Part shown: positions 20,125-30,821 of the stretch, one piece after another
Layout: each line of letters opens with the position of its first letter
How positions within the stretch are numbered: the first letter of the stretch is position 1
Origin: Bacillota bacterium
Lineage (GTDB): Bacteria; Bacillota; Clostridia; DUPQ01
Direction: 5' to 3'
Assembly (NCBI GenBank): GCA_022706885.1
Contig: JAKJBR010000006.1
Coordinates: 670-64,669 of the forward strand
DNA length: 64,000 nucleotides
Notes under the pieces: model-generated
The model's input: only the letters and a program-made list of their open reading frames with translations
What the model was told of the DNA's origin: nothing
Database searches by the model: none
Translations under genes and position numbers: made by a program

Positions 20125-21389
20125 TGGATTGGCTTATTTATCTCGGAATAATCATCCTTATTATGCTTTCCTTCTTTTTCTCCGGCACGGAGATGGCATT
20201 TTCATCACTTAACATAGGAAGAATCCGGTTGGAAGCGGAAGGCGGGGACAAAAAAAAGAAAAAAACCTATGAGTTGGCTAAGAACTTCTCCTCGGTACTT
20301 TATACGGTATTGGTAGGTAACAACTTAGTTAATATAGCCATTTCTTCTTTGACCACCCTTATTGCTTTAAGGATTATTGAGCAAACAAATACAAGTCTTC
20401 CCGTTCAGACCATAACGGTTATAGTTACCACCATAGTAATCCTTATATTCGGTGAAATAACACCCAAGATGGTTGCAAACGACAATCCCAACAAATTTGC
20501 CGTGAATGTTACCTGGCTGCTTAAGGTATTTATATTCATCTTCAAACCCATAGTGTTTACGGTTACCAAAATGACGGAAAAGCTTTCCGTGATATGGAAA
20601 CCTAAAAAAGAAGAACCTACGGTTACCGAAGACGAGTTGTTAAGTATAGTGGAGACAATAGAAGAAGAGGGCGGGTTTACCGAAAAAGAAAGCGACCTTA
20701 TACGGTCGGCAATAGAGTTTTCCGATGACAGAGCATTTGAGATTCTTACCCCGAGGGTGGATGTATTTGCCATAGATATAAATGATGAGCCCGAGGATAT
20801 AATACGGGCGGTAGTGGATGAGGAATATTCCAGAGTACCGGTTTTTGAAGGTACTATAGATAATATAATAGGTATATTAAGTACAAAGAAGTTGCTGAAA
20901 GCAGCCGTGAAAAAGGGAGCACAGTTTGATATCCGCTCCATGATACGTGAACCTTTATACATATATAAGTCCATGGACATATCCTCCGTTATGGAAGAGT
21001 TCAAGGCAAAAAGAGCACATATGGCTGTTGTTGTCGATGAATTCGGAGGTACTATGGGCATAGTCACTCTGGAGGATGTTCTGGAACAGCTGGTCGGGGA
21101 TATATGGGATGAAACCGACGACATGAGTGAGGACACGGTGGAAACGGCGGAAGGAACCTATGAGGTTGTCGGGGACATGTTGCTGGATGATTTTCTGGAA
21201 ATGATAGATTTTGATGAAGAATTGGAATCGGAATCCACCACGGTCGGCGGTTTTGTGACCGAGAGGCTGGGAAGACTTCCCTTAGAAAATGACAGGGTGG
21301 AGTTTGACGGTCATGTAATAACCGTACTGGAAATGGCAAACTTGAGAGTGGAAAGAATAAAAGTGGAGATGAGAAAAGATGCTGACTGA
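20124..21389 (+). CDS. CNNM/HlyC-CorC family transporter (paralog)
   Basis: Same architecture as the upstream gene, about 40% identical by eye. Starts 1 nt after the upstream stop. Confidence 0.8.
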   Translation: MDWLIYLGIIILIMLSFFFSGTEMAFSSLNIGRIRLEAEGGDKKKKKTYELAKNFSSVLYTVLVGNNLVNIAISSLTTLIALRIIEQTNTSLPVQTITVIVTTIVILIFGEITPKMVANDNPNKFAVNVTWLLKVFIFIFKPIVFTVTKMTEKLSVIWKPKKEEPTVTEDELLSIVETIEEEGGFTEKESDLIRSAIEFSDDRAFEILTPRVDVFAIDINDEPEDIIRAVVDEEYSRVPVFEGTIDNIIGILSTKKLLKAAVKKGAQFDIRSMIREPLYIYKSMDISSVMEEFKAKRAHMAVVVDEFGGTMGIVTLEDVLEQLVGDIWDETDDMSEDTVETAEGTYEVVGDMLLDDFLEMIDFDEELESESTTVGGFVTERLGRLPLENDRVEFDGHVITVLEMANLRVERIKVEMRKDAD

Positions 21390-22017
21390 TAATATAAAGT
21401 GGTTAGGGCATGCCGCCTTCAGGGTGGACGGCAGCAAAACGATATATTTTGATCCGTTCAGAATAGATGAAGGCAAAAAAGCAGATATCATATTGGTTTC
21501 CCACAAACACCATGACCATTGTTCCAAAGAGGATATATTAAAGATATTGAAACCGGATACTTTGATTGTTACCGATGCGGACAGTGCGGAAATTTTACAA
21601 CTGGATAATATGATAATAGTGAAACCGTATGACAGTATTTCCGTAGAAGGAATAGAGATACAGGCATTACCGGCATATAACATTACAAAACCCCATCACC
21701 CCAAGGAAAACGGATGGCTGGGTTTTCTGGTTAATATTGACGGTAAAACAATATACCACGCAGGCGATACCGACTGTATAGAGGAAATGCGGGATATTAC
21801 GACCGATGTCGCACTTATCCCTATATATCCCGATAACAAATATGTCATGACTCCCGATGAAGCGGCACAGGCCACATATTACATAAACACAAAAGTTGCG
21901 GTTCCCATGCATTTCGGAGTGTTGGGCGGTTCAAAGGGCGATGCTTTAACGGTTGCTAAAAAAGGTAATCCCGAAATACAGGTAGTTATTTTGGAAAGTC
22001 AAAAAAACAGCTTTTAG
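21379..22017 (+). CDS. MBL-fold metal-dependent hydrolase (UPF0173-like)
   Basis: HKHHDHC metal-binding motif and GDTD motif. Confidence 0.7.
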   Translation: MLTDNIKWLGHAAFRVDGSKTIYFDPFRIDEGKKADIILVSHKHHDHCSKEDILKILKPDTLIVTDADSAEILQLDNMIIVKPYDSISVEGIEIQALPAYNITKPHHPKENGWLGFLVNIDGKTIYHAGDTDCIEEMRDITTDVALIPIYPDNKYVMTPDEAAQATYYINTKVAVPMHFGVLGGSKGDALTVAKKGNPEIQVVILESQKNSF

Positions 22018-22092
22018 CCTTTTATTTTATACCCTGTAAGGATATAATCATATATACAGAAGCAACAGATTGAGGTTATTATAACAGGCAAA

Positions 22093-23964
22093 ATGAGAGA
22101 GCAACACTTCCTACCTGAAAGTACTCGGGATAAAGCATTTATGGAAAAGAAAAGGAAAAGAAGGCAGGCATTTAAGGAAAAGGCGGCGATTATTCTGCTT
22201 ACCGTGCTTTATCTTGTAATATCTTTAACCAATCTCGGAAACACAAAGGCGCCGGTCAACGGATGGACACCGCAAAAAGCCGGGTCGGTCGTGTATGTTG
22301 ATTTTGAAAAGCAGGAAACAATTGAGAGAATAACATATCTTTGCGGTCTGGGTGATACCTGGTATAACGTGACGGCACTGGACTTATACTATAAGGATGC
22401 ATCGGGATATTATGTTCATTTCGTCACCCTGGAAAGAAGAGCCAGCACATTTCTCAAGTGGCTTTATACGGATTTGGAACAACCCGTTACCACCGATTGT
22501 GTAAAGGTTGTTTCCGGCATTTATCAGGACAAGGAAGAAGACTACATCAAAGGGACAAGGGGAGAAATCATGGAGGTATGTTTCTTTGCTTCAGGTAAAG
22601 ATACTCCTATTCCCATAAGTTCGGTCAGACCGACCGATCCGCATAAAGACGAAAAATCCGTCAACCTGTTTGACGAACAGGACCTGTATGTTTATGAGCC
22701 TTCATATATGAACAGCACCTATTTCGACGAGATATATTTTCCCAGAACGGCATATGAGTTTTTAATAAAAAACCAAACAATTTATGAAAATACGCATCCT
22801 CACTTAGGTAAGATTATAATCATGTGGTCCTATAAAATGTTCGGGGTAAATCCTTTCGGGTACAGAGCTATGGGAGCAATAGCGGGAGCACTTATGATAC
22901 CGGTTATGTATGCTCTGGGAAAGAAGTTATTTAAGAACCATTACTTTGCTATGATAGGGGCAACGCTTTTAGCGTTTGAATGTATGCATTTCGTGCAGAC
23001 AAGACTGGGAACGGTGGACAGCTATCTGGTTCTTTTTATAATGCTTACCTTCTATTTTATGGCATGTTATGTGGATATGGATTTGCGGAAAACAAGCTAC
23101 TTCAAAACGCTTGTGCCTTTATTCTTCTCCGGTATTTTCTTCGGATGTGCCATATCGGTCAAATGGATAGGATTTTATGCGGGAGCGGGAATTGCGTTTC
23201 TGTTCTTCGTTAAGATATTTTCACAATGGAAATCTTTCGGATACGGACGCATTGTATACGGAGGCAAAGCACTTGCCGCAAGAAACAGTCTGCTTACCTG
23301 CTTCTTCTGTCTGATTTTCTTTATCGCTATACCGGCCCTTATATATTCACTGTCATATATTCCTATCTTTCAGATACAGTCGGCCGCTATCGACAATGAA
23401 AAGTTTACAATAATGGAAATGGCGGATAACATAATTGCCAGCCAGAAGCACATGTTTGAATACCATAAGGGAGTGACACAGGACCATCCTTTCAAATCCG
23501 CCTGGTACACATGGCCCATCATGTACAAGCCGGTTTATTACTACTCGGCTCCCGTAAAAGCCGAAGGGCAGTGGGGCACAATAGTGGCAATAGGCAATCC
23601 CTTGATATGGTGGACCGGTCTTGCGGCGCTTATAGGGACGGCGATAGTGTCGTTAAGAAAGCAAGACAGAAGAGGACTGTTCATATTTGCAGGCTATCTT
23701 TCCATACTGTTGCCGTGGGCCGTGGCACCCAGAAGCATTACCTTCCTGTATCATTATTTCGGATGTGTGCCTTTTATGATTCTGGCAATTGTGTATATGG
23801 CCTCATACTTTATGGAGGACAATCCCAAAGTGAAAAAATATATTAATGCATATGTAATATTGGCTATCCTTATCTTTGCGGCTTTTTATCCCGCAATGGC
23901 CGGGATAAAAGTCAGCGTCGATTATATCGAGCTTTTAAGATGGCTTCCCAGCTGGTGGTTTTAA
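22093..23964 (+). CDS. family 39-like glycosyltransferase (PMT/ArnT-type) with N-terminal discoidin-like domain
   Basis: DEIYFPRTAYEF (a DE-motif loop as in protein O-mannosyltransferases), at least 8 transmembrane segments, and an N-terminal beta-sandwich-like segment after one transmembrane segment. The start is uncertain (22093 or 22141). Confidence 0.55.
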   Translation: MREQHFLPESTRDKAFMEKKRKRRQAFKEKAAIILLTVLYLVISLTNLGNTKAPVNGWTPQKAGSVVYVDFEKQETIERITYLCGLGDTWYNVTALDLYYKDASGYYVHFVTLERRASTFLKWLYTDLEQPVTTDCVKVVSGIYQDKEEDYIKGTRGEIMEVCFFASGKDTPIPISSVRPTDPHKDEKSVNLFDEQDLYVYEPSYMNSTYFDEIYFPRTAYEFLIKNQTIYENTHPHLGKIIIMWSYKMFGVNPFGYRAMGAIAGALMIPVMYALGKKLFKNHYFAMIGATLLAFECMHFVQTRLGTVDSYLVLFIMLTFYFMACYVDMDLRKTSYFKTLVPLFFSGIFFGCAISVKWIGFYAGAGIAFLFFVKIFSQWKSFGYGRIVYGGKALAARNSLLTCFFCLIFFIAIPALIYSLSYIPIFQIQSAAIDNEKFTIMEMADNIIASQKHMFEYHKGVTQDHPFKSAWYTWPIMYKPVYYYSAPVKAEGQWGTIVAIGNPLIWWTGLAALIGTAIVSLRKQDRRGLFIFAGYLSILLPWAVAPRSITFLYHYFGCVPFMILAIVYMASYFMEDNPKVKKYINAYVILAILIFAAFYPAMAGIKVSVDYIELLRWLPSWWF

Positions 23965-25176
23965 ATGAGAGAATTATATGATGTGTCGGCTTCGGAACAT
24001 AATCCGAAATGGGAGAATATGATTTGCCGTAAAGAGCATATCGGCAGGAAAGAGCAGGATATACGCTCGGAGTTTTACCGGGACTATACCAGGATAATAA
24101 ACAGCAGAGCTTACAGAAGACTTAAGCAAAAGACGCAGGTGTTTTTTGCAACGAGGAATGACCATGTCTGCACCAGAATGGAGCATGTGAATAATGTGTT
24201 ATCCATCAGTTACGGTGCCGCAAAATATCTCGGACTTAATGAAGAACTTGTCATGGCGATTGCCGTAGGTCATGATCTGGGACACTCGCCTTTCGGTCAC
24301 AGCGGGGAAAGAATTATAGACAGGATAACAAAAGAATATCTGAAGACGGATTTTTGGCATGAGAAAAACAGTTTAAGGGTTATTGATTACAGCGAAACCA
24401 TTCAGAATGCATGGGGACAGGAAGAAAATCTCAACCTGACTTATGCGGTGAGGGACGGAATAGTTACACATTGCGGCGAAATAGAAAGAAAACAGCTGGT
24501 ACCGCGGACGGAATATTTAGAACTTGAGAATATTAAAAACGCTTCTGCGGTTTCACCGTATACTTATGAAGGCTGTCTTGTAAAGGCAGCGGATATAATT
24601 GCATATCTGGGCAGAGATATTGAGGATGCTTTAAGGTTGAGAATACTTAATTCACAGGATATTTCCCGTCTTGACGAAATACTGAAGCAGTACAAAAAAG
24701 CCGATGAAGCCATGAACAACAGCACCATAATAAACAGCCTTGTGACCGATTTGTGCTTTACCAGTAAAAAAGAACACGGCATCTGTTTTTCCGATGAAGG
24801 ATTCATGATACTTAAAAAAATTAAGGCATTCAATTATGAGTATATTTACAAAAACAAACGGTTGAGAAAGTATGAGGAATATGCCGAACTTATTATCCAA
24901 TCGCTGTTTGATGTGCTGATGTCCTTTTACAAAGAGGAGGATACCCTCGAATACATAAAAACCGAGTATTCAACTATTTATCCGGAACTGGCATCTTCTT
25001 TTTCCGACCGGCTGAAAAAGTATTCAATCATGGAAAACCGACCGGAGAATCTTAAAAACAAAATGCTTTATAATCTTTCAAGTAAGGAAGATTACATCAT
25101 AGCGGTTATAGACTATATATCTTCCATGACCGACATGTATGCAAAAAAACTGTTTGATGAGATAACATCATTCTAA
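23965..25176 (+). CDS. dGTPase-like HD-domain phosphohydrolase
   Basis: HD motif VGHDLGHSPFGH and N-terminal dGTP triphosphohydrolase-like region. Confidence 0.8.
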   Translation: MRELYDVSASEHNPKWENMICRKEHIGRKEQDIRSEFYRDYTRIINSRAYRRLKQKTQVFFATRNDHVCTRMEHVNNVLSISYGAAKYLGLNEELVMAIAVGHDLGHSPFGHSGERIIDRITKEYLKTDFWHEKNSLRVIDYSETIQNAWGQEENLNLTYAVRDGIVTHCGEIERKQLVPRTEYLELENIKNASAVSPYTYEGCLVKAADIIAYLGRDIEDALRLRILNSQDISRLDEILKQYKKADEAMNNSTIINSLVTDLCFTSKKEHGICFSDEGFMILKKIKAFNYEYIYKNKRLRKYEEYAELIIQSLFDVLMSFYKEEDTLEYIKTEYSTIYPELASSFSDRLKKYSIMENRPENLKNKMLYNLSSKEDYIIAVIDYISSMTDMYAKKLFDEITSF

Positions 25177-25235
25177 AGAAACTGTTTGATGAAATACATA
25201 ATTTACTACATATTGATTAGAGGGAACAGGAAACA

Positions 25236-25652
25236 ATGGAAATAAAAGAACAAGTCGGAAAAAGGAAAACAGGTATAATTTTATCGGCTGTTATTGTAGC
25301 GGCAATCGCAGCGCTTTTAATATTCAGTAAAGTCAGCATCACCGTCGGAGAACAAGCTATAACAGTAAAAGCCGGTCTGGAGCGGTCAGTTATAGCTTAT
25401 GAGGACATAGTTAAAGTGGAGAAAGTAAGTTCCATAACGGTGGGAAAAAGAATAATGGGTGCCGACCTCATAAAAATATACAGCGGGACATTCAAAAATG
25501 AGCAATACGGCAGATACAGACTGTATATATACAAGGATGTAAGCAACTATATAGTTGTGGAACATAAAGAAGGATTTGCGGTGTTCAATTCAGATACAGC
25601 AGAGCGGACCGACAGCCTGTATGAAGACATATTGGAAAAATTAAAAAGATAA
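25236..25652 (+). CDS. hypothetical membrane-anchored protein (possible bacterial PH-like domain)
   Basis: One N-terminal transmembrane segment followed by a beta-rich domain. Confidence 0.4.
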   Translation: MEIKEQVGKRKTGIILSAVIVAAIAALLIFSKVSITVGEQAITVKAGLERSVIAYEDIVKVEKVSSITVGKRIMGADLIKIYSGTFKNEQYGRYRLYIYKDVSNYIVVEHKEGFAVFNSDTAERTDSLYEDILEKLKR

Positions 25653-25763
25653 GTAAGTAAACAGAATCAGGAATAGTAAATAGTAAAGAGGATAACAGAT
25701 AATACTTGAATTTATTTCTCACAGTTGTAAAATAAAGCCATTATGTAAAGGGGATGGCTTTTT

Positions 25764-26564
25764 TTGAACGGTTTATACAAAATAGCGGACTCGCACACAC
25801 ATATATATCCCGATAAAATAGCGATGAAGGCATCAAAGAGCATCGGAGACTTCTACGGTATTCCTATGTTCTACAACGGAACGGTGAAGGAACTCCTGGA
25901 AAACGGAAGCGGAATAAATATTAAGAAGTATCTTGTCTGCTCGGTGTCCACCACCCCGCAACAGGTTATGAGTATAAATGACTTCATAATCTCACAGTGT
26001 CTGGAGCATGAAGAATTTGTAGGACTTGCTGCCATGCACCAGGATTTTAATGATGTGGAAAAAGAGCTGGAGCGGGTAGCGGAGCAGGGACTTAAGGGTA
26101 TAAAAATGCACCATGATTTTCAGAAAGTATATTCGGATGATGAAAGATTCTTTCGAACATACAAAAAAGCCGAAGAGGCGGGCATGGTATGTCTTTTACA
26201 TGCGGGCGACGACAGGTATGACTATACAAGGCCCAAGCGAATAATATCGGTAATGGAGAAATTCCCGAATCTGAAATGTATAGCGGCGCATTTCGGGGGA
26301 TACAAATGCTGGGAAGAGGCATACAAAACATATAAAGGGACGGATAATCTGTATTTTGATACATCCTCCAGTCTGTATTCACTGAAACCCGATGAAGCGC
26401 GGGATATAATAAGGGAATTCGGAAGTGACAGATTTTTATTCGGTACCGATTATCCCATGTGGGACGCAAAAACCGAACTGGAAAGGTTTTTATCTCTTAA
26501 TCTTACCGAGCGGGAAAACAGCAGTATTCTTTATGATAATTTTATAAATCTCTTCAACCTATGA
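25764..26564 (+). CDS. amidohydrolase-2 family TIM-barrel metal-dependent hydrolase
   Basis: N-terminal DSHTH metal motif; HAGD and GTDYP motifs. A TTG start is the only option upstream of DSHTH. Confidence 0.6.
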   Translation: MNGLYKIADSHTHIYPDKIAMKASKSIGDFYGIPMFYNGTVKELLENGSGINIKKYLVCSVSTTPQQVMSINDFIISQCLEHEEFVGLAAMHQDFNDVEKELERVAEQGLKGIKMHHDFQKVYSDDERFFRTYKKAEEAGMVCLLHAGDDRYDYTRPKRIISVMEKFPNLKCIAAHFGGYKCWEEAYKTYKGTDNLYFDTSSSLYSLKPDEARDIIREFGSDRFLFGTDYPMWDAKTELERFLSLNLTERENSSILYDNFINLFNL

Positions 26565-27273
26565 AAACATCTGCAATATACGGAAGATGATCGGATGCCG
26601 TGGTTAACGGAACAACAATGTCATTTACCTTGATGTCATGTGATACGAATATATAGTCGATTTTTCTGTCCGGTATATCGGAAGGAAATGTGAAATATTT
26701 CTTGTTACTTATAGCAGCGGTATCTTTCAGTATACCCGATATGCTCTTCAATTGTTCTTCATGCGGTTCCAGGTTCAGATCTCCCATGAAAACAAGAGAT
26801 TTCCGGTGTTGCCTGAAGATGGGTATAAGTAAATCCAATGCGTTTTTCCTCTCACCTTCAGCCAGGCCGAAATGGGTAACTATAACATGTAAGTCTTTAC
26901 CTATATCAATTACCGAATCTATGAAGGAACGCTGTTCATAATATACATCCTCATCAAGAACCGCAGGCTGGTCCACAAGAACGGTATGAACGGTTTTAAC
27001 AGGGTATCTGGAAAACAATGCATTACCCTGAAAACCTTCTTTTATCGCTCCCGCTTTCCCGTAGTACATATATTCATAGTTAAGAAGTTTATTTATCTCT
27101 TCGGCCTGTTTTACAAATCCGGAAAACCGGATATTGTAATGGACTTCATTAAGAGCCAGAATGTCGGGTGCATACTCCTTTATAACCTCCGCACTTTGGG
27201 CTAAGTCTCTTTTTCTGTTTTCTCCGTAGCTCATTCCCGAACAGATATTGTATGTCATCAACCTTATATCCAT
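26554..27273 (-). CDS. endonuclease/exonuclease/phosphatase (EEP) family protein
   Basis: MTYNI...LALNEV, GDLN and SDHLP motifs. Confidence 0.8.
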   Translation of the reverse strand: MDIRLMTYNICSGMSYGENRKRDLAQSAEVIKEYAPDILALNEVHYNIRFSGFVKQAEEINKLLNYEYMYYGKAGAIKEGFQGNALFSRYPVKTVHTVLVDQPAVLDEDVYYEQRSFIDSVIDIGKDLHVIVTHFGLAEGERKNALDLLIPIFRQHRKSLVFMGDLNLEPHEEQLKSISGILKDTAAISNKKYFTFPSDIPDRKIDYIFVSHDIKVNDIVVPLTTASDHLPYIADVFIG

Positions 27274-27436
27274 AATACCTTACACAAACGGCATTGACCG
27301 TATGTATTCCTCCTTATTCCATTATATACAAAAATACATATGTATTAAATCAAATTAAACGGTAAATACATAAAGGTTTGATGTTGTAGCTTACCGTTAA
27401 TAATGATACAATTATCGGTATACAAGGAGGGAAATT

Positions 27437-28267
27437 ATGTCTCTGCCCATTGCTTTACAGCTATATTCAGTCAGACAGGACTTGGATAAAGATTTCGAAC
27501 AGGTAATAAAAAAAGTAAAAGAGTACGGATATGACGGCGTGGAACTTGCATCGTTGCACGGTAAAGAGCCCGAATATGTTAAAAAGCTTCTTTCGGATAC
27601 CGGTTTAACTCCCATATCCGCTCATATTCCGTTGGATTCGATGTTGAAAAATCCGGATAAAGTGTTTAGTTTGTATTTTGATATGGGGTGTAAATATGTT
27701 GCCGTTCCCTATCTTCCTGAAGAGAGAAGACCGGGAAAACCTCTATTTGACAAGACTTTGGAACAGATGGAACAGTTGGGTAAAAAAGCCAAAGAAGCGG
27801 GATTACAGCTTCTTTATCACAACCATGATTTTGAGTTTGTCAAAATAGGAGACAGGTTGGGTCTGGATGTCATATACGAAACAATACCTGCAGATTTATT
27901 ACAGACTCAGATTGATACATGCTGGGTAAAAGTAGCAGGACAGGATCCGGCGGAGTATATAAGGAAGTACAAAGGAAGAGCTCCGGTTGTGCATCTTAAG
28001 GATTTCTACAAGCAAGAAACGGACAAAGATATTAAGATGTATGAATTGATAGGTATCAAAGGAAAAGACCATAAGCCTTCCGACAAAAAGGCTTTCGGAT
28101 TTATGCCTTTGGGATTCGGACAACAGGATATACCTGAAATACTGGAAGCTTCGAAAGAAGCCGGTGCAAGCTGGGTAGTGGTGGAGCAGGATGAGCCTCA
28201 AGAAGGCAGAACGGCATTGGAATGTGCAAGATTAAGTATTAAATATTTAAAAAACCTGATTTGGTAA
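27437..28267 (+). CDS. sugar phosphate isomerase/epimerase (xylose isomerase-like TIM barrel)
   Basis: Overall resemblance to the AP-endonuclease-2/xylose-isomerase TIM-barrel family: IALQLYSVRQDL N-terminal region plus conserved acidic residues typical of the family. Confidence 0.7.
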   Translation: MSLPIALQLYSVRQDLDKDFEQVIKKVKEYGYDGVELASLHGKEPEYVKKLLSDTGLTPISAHIPLDSMLKNPDKVFSLYFDMGCKYVAVPYLPEERRPGKPLFDKTLEQMEQLGKKAKEAGLQLLYHNHDFEFVKIGDRLGLDVIYETIPADLLQTQIDTCWVKVAGQDPAEYIRKYKGRAPVVHLKDFYKQETDKDIKMYELIGIKGKDHKPSDKKAFGFMPLGFGQQDIPEILEASKEAGASWVVVEQDEPQEGRTALECARLSIKYLKNLIW

Positions 28268-28281
28268 AAAAGGAGGGAAAT

Positions 28282-29436
28282 ATGTCAGAGGATATTCTAA
28301 ACAAATTCAAGAAGATACACGAGGAAAAAAAGAGTACCGATACCGGTAAGGTGCTTAAAATAGGTATCATAGGTACCGGTTGGATAGCGGAACCTCATGT
28401 CAATGCGTACTTAAAATGCCCCGATGCAAAGATAGTGGCATGTGCCGACTTGATAGACGGAAAAGCCGCGGCTTTCTGTAAGAAAATGGGGTTAGAAGAT
28501 GTGCGTCTGTACAGAAGTCACAAAGAACTTCTGGATAATGAAGAGTTGGATGCGGTAAGTGTTTGCACATATAACTGTACTCATGCGGAATGTGCAATAT
28601 ATGCTCTGGAAAAAGGTGTGCATGTACTCTTGGAGAAGCCCATGTGTGTAACGCTGGATGAAGCGGTTGCAATAGTAAGGGCGGAAAAAGCATCGGGTAA
28701 AGTTCTCTCAATAGGTTTTCAGCCGAGATTTGACGAGAACATGAAGATGATTAAAAAGATAGTGCAGAACGGAGAACTGGGCGATGTCTACTACATTCAG
28801 ACAGGCGGCGGCAGAAGAAGAGGAATACCCACTCCTTTCGGTACCACCTTCATACAGAAAGATACCGGCGGAATAGGAGCTTTGGGAGATATAGGGTGCT
28901 ATTCTTTGGATATGGTATTGAATGCCGTAGGTTATCCGAAACCGCTTACCGTTTCGGGATATAAGTCGGACTTCTTCGGAAAACGACCGAGCTATTATCC
29001 CAAACATCCGGAATATGCAAAGGTTTTCGGAGTGGACGATTTTGCAGCTGCATTTATCCGATTGGAAGGAGGTATTGTATTGGACTTCCGTATTTCCTGG
29101 GCAATGAACATGGACACATCGGGAGACACATTGATTTTAGGTACAAAAGCCGGATTGAGAATTCCTTCAACCGAATGCTGGAACGGTACGGTCGGCGGTC
29201 CCATGACGCTGTATCATGAAATAAGCGGCAAGCAGGTGGAGACCGTAATACCGGTACTAAAGACCGATTTCAATCTTTTTGATATGAAGATAAGGACCTT
29301 CTTGGATGCAGTAAAAGAAGGAACTCCGTCTCCGATACCTTCCAGCCAGATACTGTATAACCAGGCTATAATAGACGGAATCAATAAATCCGCCGAACTG
29401 GGAAGGGAAATTGAAATTAAGATACCTAAGATTTAA
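28282..29436 (+). CDS. Gfo/Idh/MocA family oxidoreductase
   Basis: IGIIGTGWIA Rossmann motif. GGAGGG ribosome-binding site before the ATG at 28282. Confidence 0.8.
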   Translation: MSEDILNKFKKIHEEKKSTDTGKVLKIGIIGTGWIAEPHVNAYLKCPDAKIVACADLIDGKAAAFCKKMGLEDVRLYRSHKELLDNEELDAVSVCTYNCTHAECAIYALEKGVHVLLEKPMCVTLDEAVAIVRAEKASGKVLSIGFQPRFDENMKMIKKIVQNGELGDVYYIQTGGGRRRGIPTPFGTTFIQKDTGGIGALGDIGCYSLDMVLNAVGYPKPLTVSGYKSDFFGKRPSYYPKHPEYAKVFGVDDFAAAFIRLEGGIVLDFRISWAMNMDTSGDTLILGTKAGLRIPSTECWNGTVGGPMTLYHEISGKQVETVIPVLKTDFNLFDMKIRTFLDAVKEGTPSPIPSSQILYNQAIIDGINKSAELGREIEIKIPKI

Positions 29437-29458
29437 TAACAAAACGTTTAAGTTCAGT

Positions 29459-29500
29459 CCAAAGGCGCCAAAAGGCGCCTTTGTGTCGTATGATGTTTTA
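29459..29500. terminator. bidirectional intrinsic terminator
   Basis: AAAGGCGCC-aaaa-GGCGCCTTT perfect 9-bp hairpin with a U-rich tail. Confidence 0.5.
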
Positions 29501-29562
29501 TGAATTTTATTGATTAACAGTATTTGATTGGATATTATATTTAACAGCGGAGTATGGAAATC

Positions 29563-30819
29563 ATGAGATACAAGATAGAGAAACGGGAAAGAGAATATTT
29601 AAGAGATTATGCCAAGAAGCAGTTGGAGATTTCCAAGTTGCCGGTAATGAGCGAGCGGGTTAAACGTTGGTACAATCATAACGAAAACAGAAAAGGTAAG
29701 CCTATGATAGTGATAGAGCTTAACTCGTTTAAAAATGATGTCCGGTCTCCTTTAAAAACACAGTCGGATTTTGCCAGAAGAATAGAATCCGCTATTCAGA
29801 GCAACCTGCTGGTTCATGAACTTCTCGATGATGACCAAGTTTGTCCGGATTTTCTTTCCTTCAATTGGGATATAACATACAAAGAGTTCGGAGTGGATAT
29901 ACCGGTTATAAAATCCAAAGATGCTTCAGGCAGAGAGATAGGTTTTGAATATATACACCCGATAACCGATCTGGAGCGGGATTTTCCCATACTCAAACCT
30001 TTTACTTTTTCGGTAGACAGAGAAAATTCGTTAAGAAGGCTGCAAGCCGCCGAGGATATATTGGGAGATATACTCAATGTAGAACTGGAAAACACTTTTC
30101 ACCAATGGAATCATATGATTACCTATAAAGTTATAAAACTTATGGGAATGGAAAACTGGATGATAGCCATGTTCGAAACACCGGATACGGTGCATAAGCT
30201 TATGGATTATATAACTTCCAATCTGCTTGCATACCAACAATGGATGGAGGATGAAGGATTGCTTACCATGAATAACAGTAATCACTATACCGGAGCGGGA
30301 AGCAGGGGATTTACTCATGAGTTAAAGAAACCCGCTGACGGTCGTGTACGATTAAAAGACTTATGGATAAATGTTAATTCACAGGAATCTACCGGAATAT
30401 CTCCCGATACATACAGGGAGTTTGTGTATCCGTATATAGACCGAATAGCAAGAGAGTTCGGAATGGTATATTACGGATGTTGTGAGGCCGTACATTCTCT
30501 TTGGGATGTTTGTCTGAAGGATTTATCCAATTTACGCAAAGTATCGGTTTCTCCGTGGTGTGATGAAGAGTTTATGGGTGAAAGATTAAGAGGGACAAAT
30601 ATCATTTACTCCAGAAAACCTTCACCTCATTTTCTGGGAGTGGGATATGATTTTGATGACGATGAGTATAAAAAGTATATGCAAAACACTTTAAAGGCGG
30701 CAAAAGGTTGTAATTTAGAGATAATATTCAGGGATGTATATACTTTAGGCGGTAACCCTTCCAAAGCCAAAAGAGCCGTAAGAATCTTACGGGAATTGAT
30801 AGAAGAATACTGGGAATAA
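29563..30819 (+). CDS. uncharacterised enzyme, paralog A (possibly URO-D-like fold)
   Basis: Shares YYGCCE/D, IPNL(R/M)KVS(V/C)SPW(C/S)D and S(R/N)KP(S/T)P motifs with the gene at 39171. There is a weak resemblance to the uroporphyrinogen-decarboxylase-like N-terminal motif. Confidence 0.5.
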   Translation: MRYKIEKREREYLRDYAKKQLEISKLPVMSERVKRWYNHNENRKGKPMIVIELNSFKNDVRSPLKTQSDFARRIESAIQSNLLVHELLDDDQVCPDFLSFNWDITYKEFGVDIPVIKSKDASGREIGFEYIHPITDLERDFPILKPFTFSVDRENSLRRLQAAEDILGDILNVELENTFHQWNHMITYKVIKLMGMENWMIAMFETPDTVHKLMDYITSNLLAYQQWMEDEGLLTMNNSNHYTGAGSRGFTHELKKPADGRVRLKDLWINVNSQESTGISPDTYREFVYPYIDRIAREFGMVYYGCCEAVHSLWDVCLKDLSNLRKVSVSPWCDEEFMGERLRGTNIIYSRKPSPHFLGVGYDFDDDEYKKYMQNTLKAAKGCNLEIIFRDVYTLGGNPSKAKRAVRILRELIEEYWE

Positions 30820-30821
30820 CA

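Noticed and set aside
19222-21136. 241-aa and 243-aa minus-strand ORFs inside the CNNM genes
   Set aside because: They are shadow ORFs antisense to strongly supported transporter genes.
25727-25762. Hairpin AAGCCAT...ATGGCTT plus seven T before the amidohydrolase gene
   Set aside because: It may terminate the upstream gene, but the same segment supplies the GGGGA ribosome-binding site and TTG start of the downstream gene, so its role is ambiguous.
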